A DNA stretch of 64,000 nt from Cyclobacteriaceae bacterium. Lineage in GTDB: Bacteria; Bacteroidota; Bacteroidia; Cytophagales; Cyclobacteriaceae. Position numbers and translations under genes: made by a program. The stretch spans positions 1-64,000 of the forward strand of contig JAVJRN010000065.1 in the NCBI GenBank assembly GCA_040218415.1, written 5' to 3'. Shown here piece by piece: positions 29,047-37,953 of this stretch (position 1 is its first letter; each line of letters opens with the position of its first letter). Below the pieces are notes generated by a model, which ran no database searches, was not told the origin of the DNA, and was given only the letters and a program-made list of their open reading frames with translations.

Positions 29047-29080
29047 AAAGTCAGAGATCGCAAGACTCTGACTTTATTTT
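29047..29080 (+). terminator. hairpin plus T-rich tract between the flotillin gene and the giant ATPase gene
   Basis: aaagtcagag-atcgcaaga-ctctgacttt followed by atttt. Confidence 0.35.
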
Positions 29081-29094
29081 CCATCAAAAATTTT

Positions 29095-32000
29095 ATGGCA
29101 CAAGAATCAAGCAACACTTTGGAGGCAGGAACCTACGAGTTATTACGTAGTAGAATTGTGTCTACTGCCAATCAGCTCAAATCGCAGATACAAAAACTTA
29201 ACGAGGAACGGAAAAATGTTTTCGGTACCATCGAAACAAAAGTTCTGGCCTCCGAGCGTATAACTACGAATAACAATTGCATTCCGTGGGATATGTTTTC
29301 TTTCGGATCAAAGTTTCTCTTCGGATACAATGTGCATGTGGGGCTAAGAAGTGAGGTGAAGATTGATGATGTCTTTAGTTTTTATGAATACCAATCGGAC
29401 CATACATTTCATGAGCTCAACCTTAATTCGATTATAACCGATAGTGTTTTTCTTGACGATTTCCATAAACTATACAAATACTACAAAAACACCCAATTCT
29501 TACGGTTTGCCTCTGTTGGGCCATTTTTTCACATGGTTTTTCGAACTGGAAAGGACGTTAATGACGTCAAGACTTTCAAGTGGCAGATCAAAGAAGAAAA
29601 GCTGATTTATATTGATAATCGCAGTGATCATGAATATAAATTTCCAGCACAATACGAGTTTGAGTGGAAAAGAACCCGACGGCAAGATTATCGTGATGGG
29701 CTACATCCGCATGTGTCGATAGAGGACCGAGTTTTTGTCGAATGTGTTGGAGGAGATTTAACCATTAAGGTAGAAGACAATACTGATGATGGTCAAGGTA
29801 TTTATAGGGAAGATGTAGTTAATTCACTGCAGACACTTGATGATGCCGAATTTAGCTATTCTGTAGTTGGAAATTTGATATTGATAAAGGCTAAACCATA
29901 CCAAGAAGGTGAGCGGTATTTTGTCTTTAACGAAAAATTGAAGGAAGTAAAACGGATAGACACCCTGTCCGAATCGGGCATATTATTGCCTGATAATCAA
30001 GGATTGATATTTAGTAACGGCTATTATTTACAGTCTGGAGAGTTCAAGTTGTTTGATTTAAGTCTTCGTCACATGCTCTTCGAAAGGCGCATCACTTCCC
30101 TGAATGGAGAGGATTTTATTTATGTCTTTTACAATAGAGAAAAGGGTATTTATCTGCTGCTGAACTATAATATTATATCTCAAAAAGTAGAAAATCCGAT
30201 TGTTTGCCATGGTTTTACCACTTTTGAAAATGGCGAAATGTGCGTTTTTAAAGCAGATGATGAACCTAAAAAACACCATGCTATTCAAATATGGCAAACG
30301 CCTTTTACAGGCGTAAACTTTCAGGCCGAAGAAAAATATGATTCTTTTTTGCAGAAAATCGGCAATAAGGAAGTCGTACGTGCCATGGCGGAATGTCAAG
30401 AAATCATCAATCTCATTCATCGAGAGGAGATTTATTCAGATTTATACATCGATATCATTAAGAAAGCTACCGATACGATTGATACCTATCATTGGCTCAA
30501 CACCGAGGGGTATGACTTGGATGCACCGCTCAAAGAAATTCGTGGTGTGGCAGAATCTGCGGTAGATGAATACGAAAAAGTACGGAAAATTCGAGAGACC
30601 TCTGAGCATCGATTAGCAGAATTGGCCGAGTTACACAGCCAGATACTAAAAAAATCGAAAGCTTCTTTTGGGAAAATCACAGCTTATGTAAGTCTTCTTG
30701 GCGAGATAAGGTCGGTAAGAGGAGAGGTCATAAGTGCCAAGGATCTAAGATATATTGATCAGAAAAAACTTGCGTCATTTGATGCTGACTTATCTGAAGC
30801 AGCTGATAATGTATCAGAATCATGTGTGAGATTTCTTGCACAGGATCATGCTTTGAAACCTTTTCATGATAAAATAGTCGAGTTTAAAACGAAAATAGAT
30901 CAAATAAAAAAGGTAGTTGAAGCCAATGAACTACTCCAATCAGGAGAGCAAATTGCGCAGGAGTTAGACCTTTTAATTGAAACTGTAAGCAATTTAAAAA
31001 TTACAGATGCCACACAAACAACAGCCATCATTGAAGGTATTTCGGATATTTATGGAAGCTATAATCAGGTAAAAAATAAACTTTCGAATATTAGAAAAGG
31101 TCTGCTTGAATCGGAAGGTAAAGCGGAGTTTAATGCAACAATCAAGCTCTTGGAGCAAAGCGTATCCAATTATTTGGATATCTGTGACACCCCAGCCCAA
31201 TGTGACGAATACTTGACGAAGTTGATTGTGCAGGTGGAGGAATTGGAAGGAAAATTTTCTGAATTCGACGAGTTCATTGACTTGATTTCTCAAAAGCGTG
31301 AAGAGGTATACAATGCCTTCGAATCAAAAAAACTCTACCTAACCGAGCAAAGAAACAAAAAGGCAAATCAGCTATTTCAAGCCGCTGAAAGAGTTCTGAG
31401 CGCCATTCGCAATAAGTCCGGTACGCTCAAATCCAAGCAAGACATCAATGGTTACTTTGCTTCAGATTTAATGGTGGAGAAAATCAGATCGATTTCCGAT
31501 CAACTACTTTCGATAGGAGAGACTGTAAAGTCGGACGACTTAACCAGTCAGTTGAAAACGATCAAGGAGGATGTGCTGCGTCAATTAAAAGACAAACATG
31601 AACTTTTTGCTGCTGGAGACAATATTATGCAGATGGGAAACCATCAGTTTTTCACGAATAACCTCACGCTTGATTTAAGCATGGTAGTGAAAAATAAAGT
31701 ACCACATTATCACCTTGCAGGAACAGATTTTTACGAGGTGATAAAAAACGACCAACTCGCCGCACTTTCTCATCTCTGGGATCAATCGTTGATTTCCGAA
31801 AACAGTGGTGTATACCGTGCTGAGTATTTGTCTATTTCGCTTTTTGAGTCAATGAGATTGTCAAAACTAGTCCATGAAGAAAAGACGATCAGTTTAGAAA
31901 CTTACCAATTGATGAGTGAAGCGGAAAAAGTGTTTTTTGTGCAAAGGCAAATGGCTACTCGTTATGGCGAGGGCTACATCAAGGGTGTTCATGAATTTGA

Positions 32001-33981
32001 TACCCTCTTGATTCTAAATGAAATCATTTCTCTCAGCCAGTTTGCTGGTCTATTAAAATATGATCCTGACGTAAGAGCTCTGGCAAAATTTTTCTGGAAT
32101 TCTTGCATAGCTGACGAGACTAAAAAGCTCTATGAACGTCAGATAAAAGCTGCGGCACTCATTTTATCCGTCTTTCCTTATTCGAGGGAATTCGAAGGGA
32201 TTGTCAATGACTTGAAAAACGAGGTTCAATCTCAGGAACCAAAGTTTTATGATGTCAAAACAGACTACTTAGCGGTTGCGCAGTATATTTTCGATCAGTT
32301 TTCCGAAGGAGATTATTTTATTGTCAGTCAAGTAGCGTCCGAGTGCCACCAACTCTTTTTGAATCATTTAAAGCAAAGCAAAGCCGATACCCAATTTACA
32401 GCTTCTTTGAAAGGCCTTAGCGATACGCCTGCCTTGTCTATGAGGATGATCCGACAGTGGCTTTCCGCGTTCATTAAGGAAATTGACCAACCTCATTTTT
32501 TGGATTATGCTGATGAAGTCGCTGCGCTGTTATTTTATGAAGATTACAGTGAAATTTATGTCAAAAAAGTAAGTCTATACAAGACAATCGAAGGCTTAAA
32601 AGGCTCACACAAATTAATAGAAGATGGGAAATACACTTTTCATCTAAATAATTTTTTCAAAAGATTATCAGCGTTTATCAGGGTAGATGTTCCTGCTTTT
32701 AAGCAGTTAGCGGCCCTTAAAAAGAGCTTATCTGAAGACTATCGTACTGAACTAAGACTTCATGAGTTTAAACCGCGTGTACTCTCTTCTTTTGTTAGAA
32801 ATCAGCTGATCGATAGTGTTTATTTCCCGCTAATTGGAGCTAACCTAGCCAAGCAAATAGGAACAGCCGGAGAGAATAAGAGAACCGATTTAATGGGTTT
32901 GCTTTTGCTAGTTTCTCCGCCCGGCTATGGTAAAACAACGCTTATGGAGTATATCGCCAGCAGGCTTGGGGTTATTTTTATGAAGATCAATGGACCAGCC
33001 ATTGGTCACGAAGTGACTTCATTAGATCCTGCTGATGCGCCGAACGCTGCTTCTGCTGAGGAATTACAAAAGCTGAATTTGTCTTTTGAAATGGGCAATA
33101 ATGTGATGATTTATCTGGATGATATCCAGCATTGTAATCCCGAATTTCTTCAAAAGTTTATCTCCATGTGTGATGCGCAGCGCAAAATCGAAGGAGTATA
33201 CAAAGGCAAGACCAAAACATATGATTTTCGTGGAAAAAAGGTTTGTGTAGTCATGGCAGGCAATCCTTATACCGAGTCTGGAGATAAGTTTCAAATTCCA
33301 GATATGCTTTCCAATCGAGCAGATATTTATAATCTTGGTGATGTCATAGGAGACTCTGAAGAGGCTTTTAAAATGAGCTACATTGAGAATTGCCTTACTT
33401 CTAATCAAATTTTAAGTCGTTTGGTGTCGAAAAGCCTTTCCGATGTTCGAACTGTTATTAAGTTAGCAGAGCAAGGTTCTGGTGAAGGACTAAAATTTGA
33501 AGTCAACCACACAGCTGAAGAACTTCAGGAATATGTTTCAGTTATTAAGCATTTGATGAGGGCTAGAGATGTTGTACTCGCCGTGAACAGCCAGTACATC
33601 GCATCAGCGGCGATGGCTGAGGAGTATAGAGTAGAGCCTGCTTTTAAACTCCAAGGGTCATATCGAGACATGAATAAGCTTGCTGAAAAAATACTCCCTA
33701 TGATGAATGAAGCTGAGGTGGAGACAATCATACAATCGCACTACGAAAATGAGTCACAGACCTTGACATCAAATGCGGAGGCGAATTTGCTGAGATTTAA
33801 ACAACTAACTGGAGTGCTGAGCCCAGAGCAATCTGATCGTTGGCGGTATATTATTGGCGTTTTCGCTGAAAAGCAAAAGCAATTAGGCTATGGCCAAAAC
33901 GCAAAACTTGTCGAGGGTATTGATGCTATTGCCAACAATCTCAAAGGAATATTGGATAAAATACAACAGAATAAACCTTAA
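29095..33981 (+). CDS. giant (1628 aa) protein with a single C-terminal-third MoxR/AAA_5-type AAA+ ATPase module; N-terminal ~1250 aa of unknown function
   Basis: Uninterrupted 4.9-kb ORF. Walker A ...LLLLVSPPGYGKTTLMEYIA... (nt ~32.92 kb). Walker B ...NVMIYLDDIQHCNPEFLQKF.... Sensor-1/Arg region ...KVCVVMAGNPYTESGDKFQIPDMLSNRADI.... This order and spacing is typical of AAA_5/MoxR/dynein-type modules. I recognise no motif in the rest. Confidence 0.7.
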   Translation: MAQESSNTLEAGTYELLRSRIVSTANQLKSQIQKLNEERKNVFGTIETKVLASERITTNNNCIPWDMFSFGSKFLFGYNVHVGLRSEVKIDDVFSFYEYQSDHTFHELNLNSIITDSVFLDDFHKLYKYYKNTQFLRFASVGPFFHMVFRTGKDVNDVKTFKWQIKEEKLIYIDNRSDHEYKFPAQYEFEWKRTRRQDYRDGLHPHVSIEDRVFVECVGGDLTIKVEDNTDDGQGIYREDVVNSLQTLDDAEFSYSVVGNLILIKAKPYQEGERYFVFNEKLKEVKRIDTLSESGILLPDNQGLIFSNGYYLQSGEFKLFDLSLRHMLFERRITSLNGEDFIYVFYNREKGIYLLLNYNIISQKVENPIVCHGFTTFENGEMCVFKADDEPKKHHAIQIWQTPFTGVNFQAEEKYDSFLQKIGNKEVVRAMAECQEIINLIHREEIYSDLYIDIIKKATDTIDTYHWLNTEGYDLDAPLKEIRGVAESAVDEYEKVRKIRETSEHRLAELAELHSQILKKSKASFGKITAYVSLLGEIRSVRGEVISAKDLRYIDQKKLASFDADLSEAADNVSESCVRFLAQDHALKPFHDKIVEFKTKIDQIKKVVEANELLQSGEQIAQELDLLIETVSNLKITDATQTTAIIEGISDIYGSYNQVKNKLSNIRKGLLESEGKAEFNATIKLLEQSVSNYLDICDTPAQCDEYLTKLIVQVEELEGKFSEFDEFIDLISQKREEVYNAFESKKLYLTEQRNKKANQLFQAAERVLSAIRNKSGTLKSKQDINGYFASDLMVEKIRSISDQLLSIGETVKSDDLTSQLKTIKEDVLRQLKDKHELFAAGDNIMQMGNHQFFTNNLTLDLSMVVKNKVPHYHLAGTDFYEVIKNDQLAALSHLWDQSLISENSGVYRAEYLSISLFESMRLSKLVHEEKTISLETYQLMSEAEKVFFVQRQMATRYGEGYIKGVHEFDTLLILNEIISLSQFAGLLKYDPDVRALAKFFWNSCIADETKKLYERQIKAAALILSVFPYSREFEGIVNDLKNEVQSQEPKFYDVKTDYLAVAQYIFDQFSEGDYFIVSQVASECHQLFLNHLKQSKADTQFTASLKGLSDTPALSMRMIRQWLSAFIKEIDQPHFLDYADEVAALLFYEDYSEIYVKKVSLYKTIEGLKGSHKLIEDGKYTFHLNNFFKRLSAFIRVDVPAFKQLAALKKSLSEDYRTELRLHEFKPRVLSSFVRNQLIDSVYFPLIGANLAKQIGTAGENKRTDLMGLLLLVSPPGYGKTTLMEYIASRLGVIFMKINGPAIGHEVTSLDPADAPNAASAEELQKLNLSFEMGNNVMIYLDDIQHCNPEFLQKFISMCDAQRKIEGVYKGKTKTYDFRGKKVCVVMAGNPYTESGDKFQIPDMLSNRADIYNLGDVIGDSEEAFKMSYIENCLTSNQILSRLVSKSLSDVRTVIKLAEQGSGEGLKFEVNHTAEELQEYVSVIKHLMRARDVVLAVNSQYIASAAMAEEYRVEPAFKLQGSYRDMNKLAEKILPMMNEAEVETIIQSHYENESQTLTSNAEANLLRFKQLTGVLSPEQSDRWRYIIGVFAEKQKQLGYGQNAKLVEGIDAIANNLKGILDKIQQNKP

Positions 33982-33985
33982 AAAA

Positions 33986-34135
33986 ATGACCATTGAATTA
34001 TTAAAGTCTATTTTAATCATCATCGTCGTTATTTTCCTTTTTGGACTCCTATTTAATGTTTTATTTCGAGTTGGATTGATTTTAATGATTTTGCTGGGCA
34101 TACTTTATTTGTTCAAAAAGGTATTTGTTGAGTAG
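33986..34135 (+). CDS. 49-aa hydrophobic two-TM peptide
   Basis: Track ORF 33890..34135 overlaps the end of the giant gene. I trimmed it to the ATG 5 bp after the giant gene's stop: MTIELLKSILIIIVVIFLFGLLFNVLFRVGLILMILLGILYLFKKVFVE. Confidence 0.3.
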   Translation: MTIELLKSILIIIVVIFLFGLLFNVLFRVGLILMILLGILYLFKKVFVE

Positions 34136-34157
34136 TACTTAAGAAAATAAGAAAAAC

Positions 34158-34703
34158 ATGTTTAATCTATTTAAGAAGAAAAAAGAGGAGCCATTGTACG
34201 ATGTTACAAACCTCAGCGTGAAGGATCTCGATGTGGGATTTGTGTTTGATTATGACATGAAATCTTGGATAGTCAAAGAAGTTCTAGAGTACGATTGGGG
34301 CAACAATAATTTTACGCGAGAGTATAAAGTAGATAGTGGTGATGAGGTTCGGTTTCTCGAAGTGGAGGATGATGACGAGTTGTTCATTGTTTTGTCCAAT
34401 TCCATTAGCCTTAGGAAAATAGAAGAAGACGTGGCGGAAAAAATCCGGAAAAAAGGCAAATCACATAAGAAAATTCAGTTTGAAGAGGAAACTTATTTCT
34501 TGGAGGAAGAATCAGCTGGATATTTTAAAAGTGCTGCCAAAAAAGGAGATGATTGGGAGGAGTTTATAACCTGGCAATATTTGAATGAAGAAGAAACCCG
34601 TGTCGTATCTTTGACACAGTGGGATGAGCAAAACATTGAAGCTTCGGCAGGGATAGTGGTAAAACCTTATCAGATATCTAACATAACACCAAGCGGAAAT
34701 TAA
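34158..34703 (+). CDS. DUF4178-like protein
   Basis: 181 aa. Two beta-rich half-repeats with W/Y-rich cores (...KSWIVKEVLEYDWGNNNFTREYKVDSGDEVRFLEVEDDD... and ...WEEFITWQYLNEEETRVVSLTQWDE...) resemble the DUF4178 pattern as I remember it. The PspA / DUF350 context supports this. Not profile-verified. Confidence 0.4.
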   Translation: MFNLFKKKKEEPLYDVTNLSVKDLDVGFVFDYDMKSWIVKEVLEYDWGNNNFTREYKVDSGDEVRFLEVEDDDELFIVLSNSISLRKIEEDVAEKIRKKGKSHKKIQFEEETYFLEEESAGYFKSAAKKGDDWEEFITWQYLNEEETRVVSLTQWDEQNIEASAGIVVKPYQISNITPSGN

Positions 34704-34740
34704 TATGCTTCGATTGAACTAAAAACACAGTAATATTCAT

Positions 34741-35469
34741 ATGAAATACCAAATTCTAAAATATTTATGCTTGTTTACTTTGGCGTTTTTCGTCTCTTCA
34801 TGTGGAGGTCCAAAGTATCAAAAAAATCCTTTAGATGTAATTGCTCGCGACTTGCCTAGTGATAAGCCTTTCACAGCGATACTCTATGACATGGATGTAA
34901 AAGGTAATTTTATAGAGACGTATTATCATCAATATAAAATTGTGCAAGACGATGGTAATGGAAACTTAGACGAGTTCACCACAGGAATGCTCGAAGTGAG
35001 TAAGGAAACATTCAACAAGCATATCAATGACATGGGAATGGAGCTCATGGCGCGAGATAGCACGGGTCAGTTGAGTAAAGGGGCTGCACCTCCGGGTTAC
35101 AACAATTATGTAGGGAATGAAAAATATGGCCAGTGGAAAACCGACAATAGCGGCAATAGTTTTTGGGCTTTTTACGGTCAATATGCTATGATGTCAACCA
35201 TGTTTAATATGATGGCTTACCCTGCTCGTAGAAGTTACTACAACGATTGGCGAGGAGGCTATGCGGGAACTGGTCGAGGTTATTATGGGCCGTCAAATGG
35301 TGGAAGCAGCTACTATGGCACTAATAGCGCTCATGGCCGTAGTACAAAACCTAGTTCAAGTTGGAGCAAAAAGAGATCTTCATTTAGACAAAATGTAGCT
35401 TCTAGAACCTCGAGATCATCTTCGAGTTCAAGTGGATATCGTTCCCGAAGCGGATCCTACGGAAAATAA
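34741..35469 (+). CDS. lipoprotein with Gly/Tyr-rich region and Ser/Arg-rich C-terminal tail
   Basis: 242 aa with lipobox (...FFVSSCGGPK). C-terminus is ...SRTSRSSSSSSGYRSRSGSYGK. Possibly the YdjH/DUF4247-type lipoprotein partner of PspA loci (inference). Confidence 0.5.
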   Translation: MKYQILKYLCLFTLAFFVSSCGGPKYQKNPLDVIARDLPSDKPFTAILYDMDVKGNFIETYYHQYKIVQDDGNGNLDEFTTGMLEVSKETFNKHINDMGMELMARDSTGQLSKGAAPPGYNNYVGNEKYGQWKTDNSGNSFWAFYGQYAMMSTMFNMMAYPARRSYYNDWRGGYAGTGRGYYGPSNGGSSYYGTNSAHGRSTKPSSSWSKKRSSFRQNVASRTSRSSSSSSGYRSRSGSYGK

Positions 35470-35499
35470 ACCTTACCATCCAACCTCACTTATCATCCA

Positions 35500-36360
35500 A
35501 TGCAAATACTCGATAACGTACTTACTAGTCTCACCTACATTGTTGCCAGTTTTATTCTTTTTTTTGTTGGGAAGTTGGTTTATCAACTTTTTCATCCAAA
35601 AATTAAAGTGGCTCATGAGCTGGTTGAAAAGGACAACCTAGCATTTTCCGTTGCGCATGTTGGCTATTTTGTAGGGCTCCTATTGGCTATAGGCAGTGCA
35701 GTGATGGGCGAGTCGTATGGTTTGGTCAATGACTTGATCAATATTGGTATTTACGGTGCGCTATCTATCGTGCTACTCAACCTATCGTTGATCATCAATG
35801 ATAAGTTGATTTTATCAAAATTTGACTTAAAGAAGGAAATCATAGATGATCAGAACTTGGGTTCTGGTATTGTAGAAGGTGCCAATGGGATCGCTACAGG
35901 ATTGGTGGTATTGGGCGCCATACATGGTGAAGGATTTGGGGTTGGCGGACCGATAGTCACTGCTGTCTGTTACTGGATACTTGGTCAGTTGATTTTATTC
36001 ATTACCACTTTCGTGTATAATGCCATCACTCCATACGATATTCATGAGCATATCGAAAAGAAAAATACCGCAGTGGCCATCGGCTATGCAGGCGCTATTA
36101 TTGCCATTGCGAACCTGATCCGTTTTGCATTGATGCATGATTTTGAAAGCTGGGTGATTACTCTACAGGACGTAGCAATAGATGTGACGATCGGGTTGAT
36201 ATTTTTGCCAATCGCACGTTTTGTTACCGATAAAATATTGCTTCCAGGACAAAATATTACTGATGAGATTGTGAATCAAGAGCATCCTAACTGTGGAGCT
36301 GCGCTGGTGGAGGCATTCGCATATATTGGTGGTTCAGTATTGATTTGTTGGGCGTTATAG
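35500..36360 (+). CDS. membrane protein with two DUF350-type repeats (YjfL-like)
   Basis: 286 aa polytopic. Each repeat carries the DUF350 signature: ...LFHPKIKVAHELVEKDNLAFSVAHVGYFVGLLLAI... and ...AITPYDIHEHIEKKNTAVAIGYAGAIIAIANLI... (compare the E. coli YjfL pattern TPY-x-EEI-xxGN-AvA). Confidence 0.55.
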   Translation: MQILDNVLTSLTYIVASFILFFVGKLVYQLFHPKIKVAHELVEKDNLAFSVAHVGYFVGLLLAIGSAVMGESYGLVNDLINIGIYGALSIVLLNLSLIINDKLILSKFDLKKEIIDDQNLGSGIVEGANGIATGLVVLGAIHGEGFGVGGPIVTAVCYWILGQLILFITTFVYNAITPYDIHEHIEKKNTAVAIGYAGAIIAIANLIRFALMHDFESWVITLQDVAIDVTIGLIFLPIARFVTDKILLPGQNITDEIVNQEHPNCGAALVEAFAYIGGSVLICWAL

Positions 36361-36364
36361 ACTT

Positions 36365-37900
36365 TTGAAATACACCAGCACTTTACTTAAGGTTGCCTTA
36401 TTTGCTACTGGTTTATCCGGTATTGTTTCCGAATACACTTTATCCACTCTTGCCACATATTTCTTAGGAGACTCTGTTTTCCAGTGGACAATGATTGTTT
36501 CGGTCATGCTTTTCTCCATGGGCCTGGGGAGTCGATTGAGTAAAAAATTTGAAACGAACCTTATGGAGCGTTTCGTTCTCATCGAATTCGGATTATCGTG
36601 TATCGCATCTAATGTTACCTTGATTGTATACTCAGTATTTGCTGTCTACGGACAAACTGCCATTGTTATCTACGGGCTTTGCATCACTATTGGTCTATTT
36701 ATCGGGATGGAAATTCCCATCGTTATCCGACTCAACGAACAATTCCAAAGTCTTAAAGTCAATATATCTTCCGCACTGGAAAATGATTATTATGGGAGTT
36801 TAGCAGGAGGTGTTTTTTTTGCATTCATCGGCTTGCCATATTTAGGCTTGACGTATACGCCTCCAATTTTAGGAGCCGTCAATTTCTTTGTGGCTTTGGT
36901 ACTCATCTATGCTGTATGGGAGGAAGTTAAAGCCCAGAAGAAACGATTCATTCTATATTCTGGCATTGTTTTGCTCATTCTACTTTTGAATCTCATTTTC
37001 TCACAGCGAATCGTTGAGTGGGGAGATAAAATCAGGTACCAGGATAGAGTCGTTTACAGTGAGCAGAGTCGATATCAGAAAATAATTTTGACTTATGACA
37101 GAGGTGATTTTTGGCTTTTTCTCAACGGACATCAACAACTGAGTTCCTTTGATGAGGCCATGTATCACGAACCACTCGTGCACCCTGCCATGTTACTTCA
37201 GGGAGACACACGTCGAGTTTTGGTTTTGGGTGGGGGAGATGGTGCAGCAGTCCGAGAAGTATTGAAATACGAACAAGTCGAAGAAATTACCTTGGTCGAT
37301 CTTGATCCGGCGGTTACTTCGCTCGCGTCTAATCACTCCGCCTTGGTTCAAATCAATAAAAATTCGCTAGCAGACCCAAAAGTGCGAATAATCAACCAAG
37401 ACGGGTTCACTTTTTTGGCAGATATAACAAAAAAGTACGATGTAATTATCGCAGATTTTCCTGATCCTAGAACTGTAGATTTGGGTCGGTTATATTCTTT
37501 GGAGTTTTATCAATTATGCTACGCTGCATTGACCCAACATGGTGTGTTTGTTACTCAGGCCGGAAGTCCATATTATGCAACACAGGCTTTTCATTGTATT
37601 GAAAAAACCATAAAAGCAGCCGGTTTCAATCCATTGCCCTTGCACAATCAAGTAGTGACCTTGGGCGAATGGGGCTGGATCATAGGCGTTAAAAACTCTC
37701 GTAAAAACCTTCAGCACGCTGTGCAAAATTTATCATTGGATCATGTGCAGACGGCTTGGCTTACGGAAGATGCACTCACACTGATCAGCTCGTTTGGTGG
37801 GAAGATATTTGATCAGCCAACTGAGTTGATTGAAATCAACAGATTGCATGATCCGGTACTTTTCAAATACTACATGAATGGACGTTGGGATGTTTATTGA
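36365..37900 (+). CDS. membrane-anchored polyamine aminopropyltransferase (spermidine/spermine synthase, N-terminal polytopic domain + C-terminal SpeE domain)
   Basis: 511 aa. ~200 aa of TM helices, then ...RVLVLGGGDGAAVREVLKYEQVEEITLVDLDPAV... (GGGDG dcSAM motif) and ...YDVIIADFPDP..., the SpeE hallmarks. Starts 5 bp after the DUF350 gene. Confidence 0.75.
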   Translation: MKYTSTLLKVALFATGLSGIVSEYTLSTLATYFLGDSVFQWTMIVSVMLFSMGLGSRLSKKFETNLMERFVLIEFGLSCIASNVTLIVYSVFAVYGQTAIVIYGLCITIGLFIGMEIPIVIRLNEQFQSLKVNISSALENDYYGSLAGGVFFAFIGLPYLGLTYTPPILGAVNFFVALVLIYAVWEEVKAQKKRFILYSGIVLLILLLNLIFSQRIVEWGDKIRYQDRVVYSEQSRYQKIILTYDRGDFWLFLNGHQQLSSFDEAMYHEPLVHPAMLLQGDTRRVLVLGGGDGAAVREVLKYEQVEEITLVDLDPAVTSLASNHSALVQINKNSLADPKVRIINQDGFTFLADITKKYDVIIADFPDPRTVDLGRLYSLEFYQLCYAALTQHGVFVTQAGSPYYATQAFHCIEKTIKAAGFNPLPLHNQVVTLGEWGWIIGVKNSRKNLQHAVQNLSLDHVQTAWLTEDALTLISSFGGKIFDQPTELIEINRLHDPVLFKYYMNGRWDVY

Positions 37901-37953
37901 CTGCAATGAGCTTTTACCCAGAATAATTCAAACCCCTCGTCTTCCTATGTGTT

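Noticed and set aside
33890-33985. 5' part of track ORF 33890..34135, overlapping the last 90 bp of the giant ATPase gene
   Set aside because: An internal ATG 5 bp after the giant gene's stop gives a clean 49-aa two-TM peptide. The overlapping extension has no hydrophobic or start-site logic.
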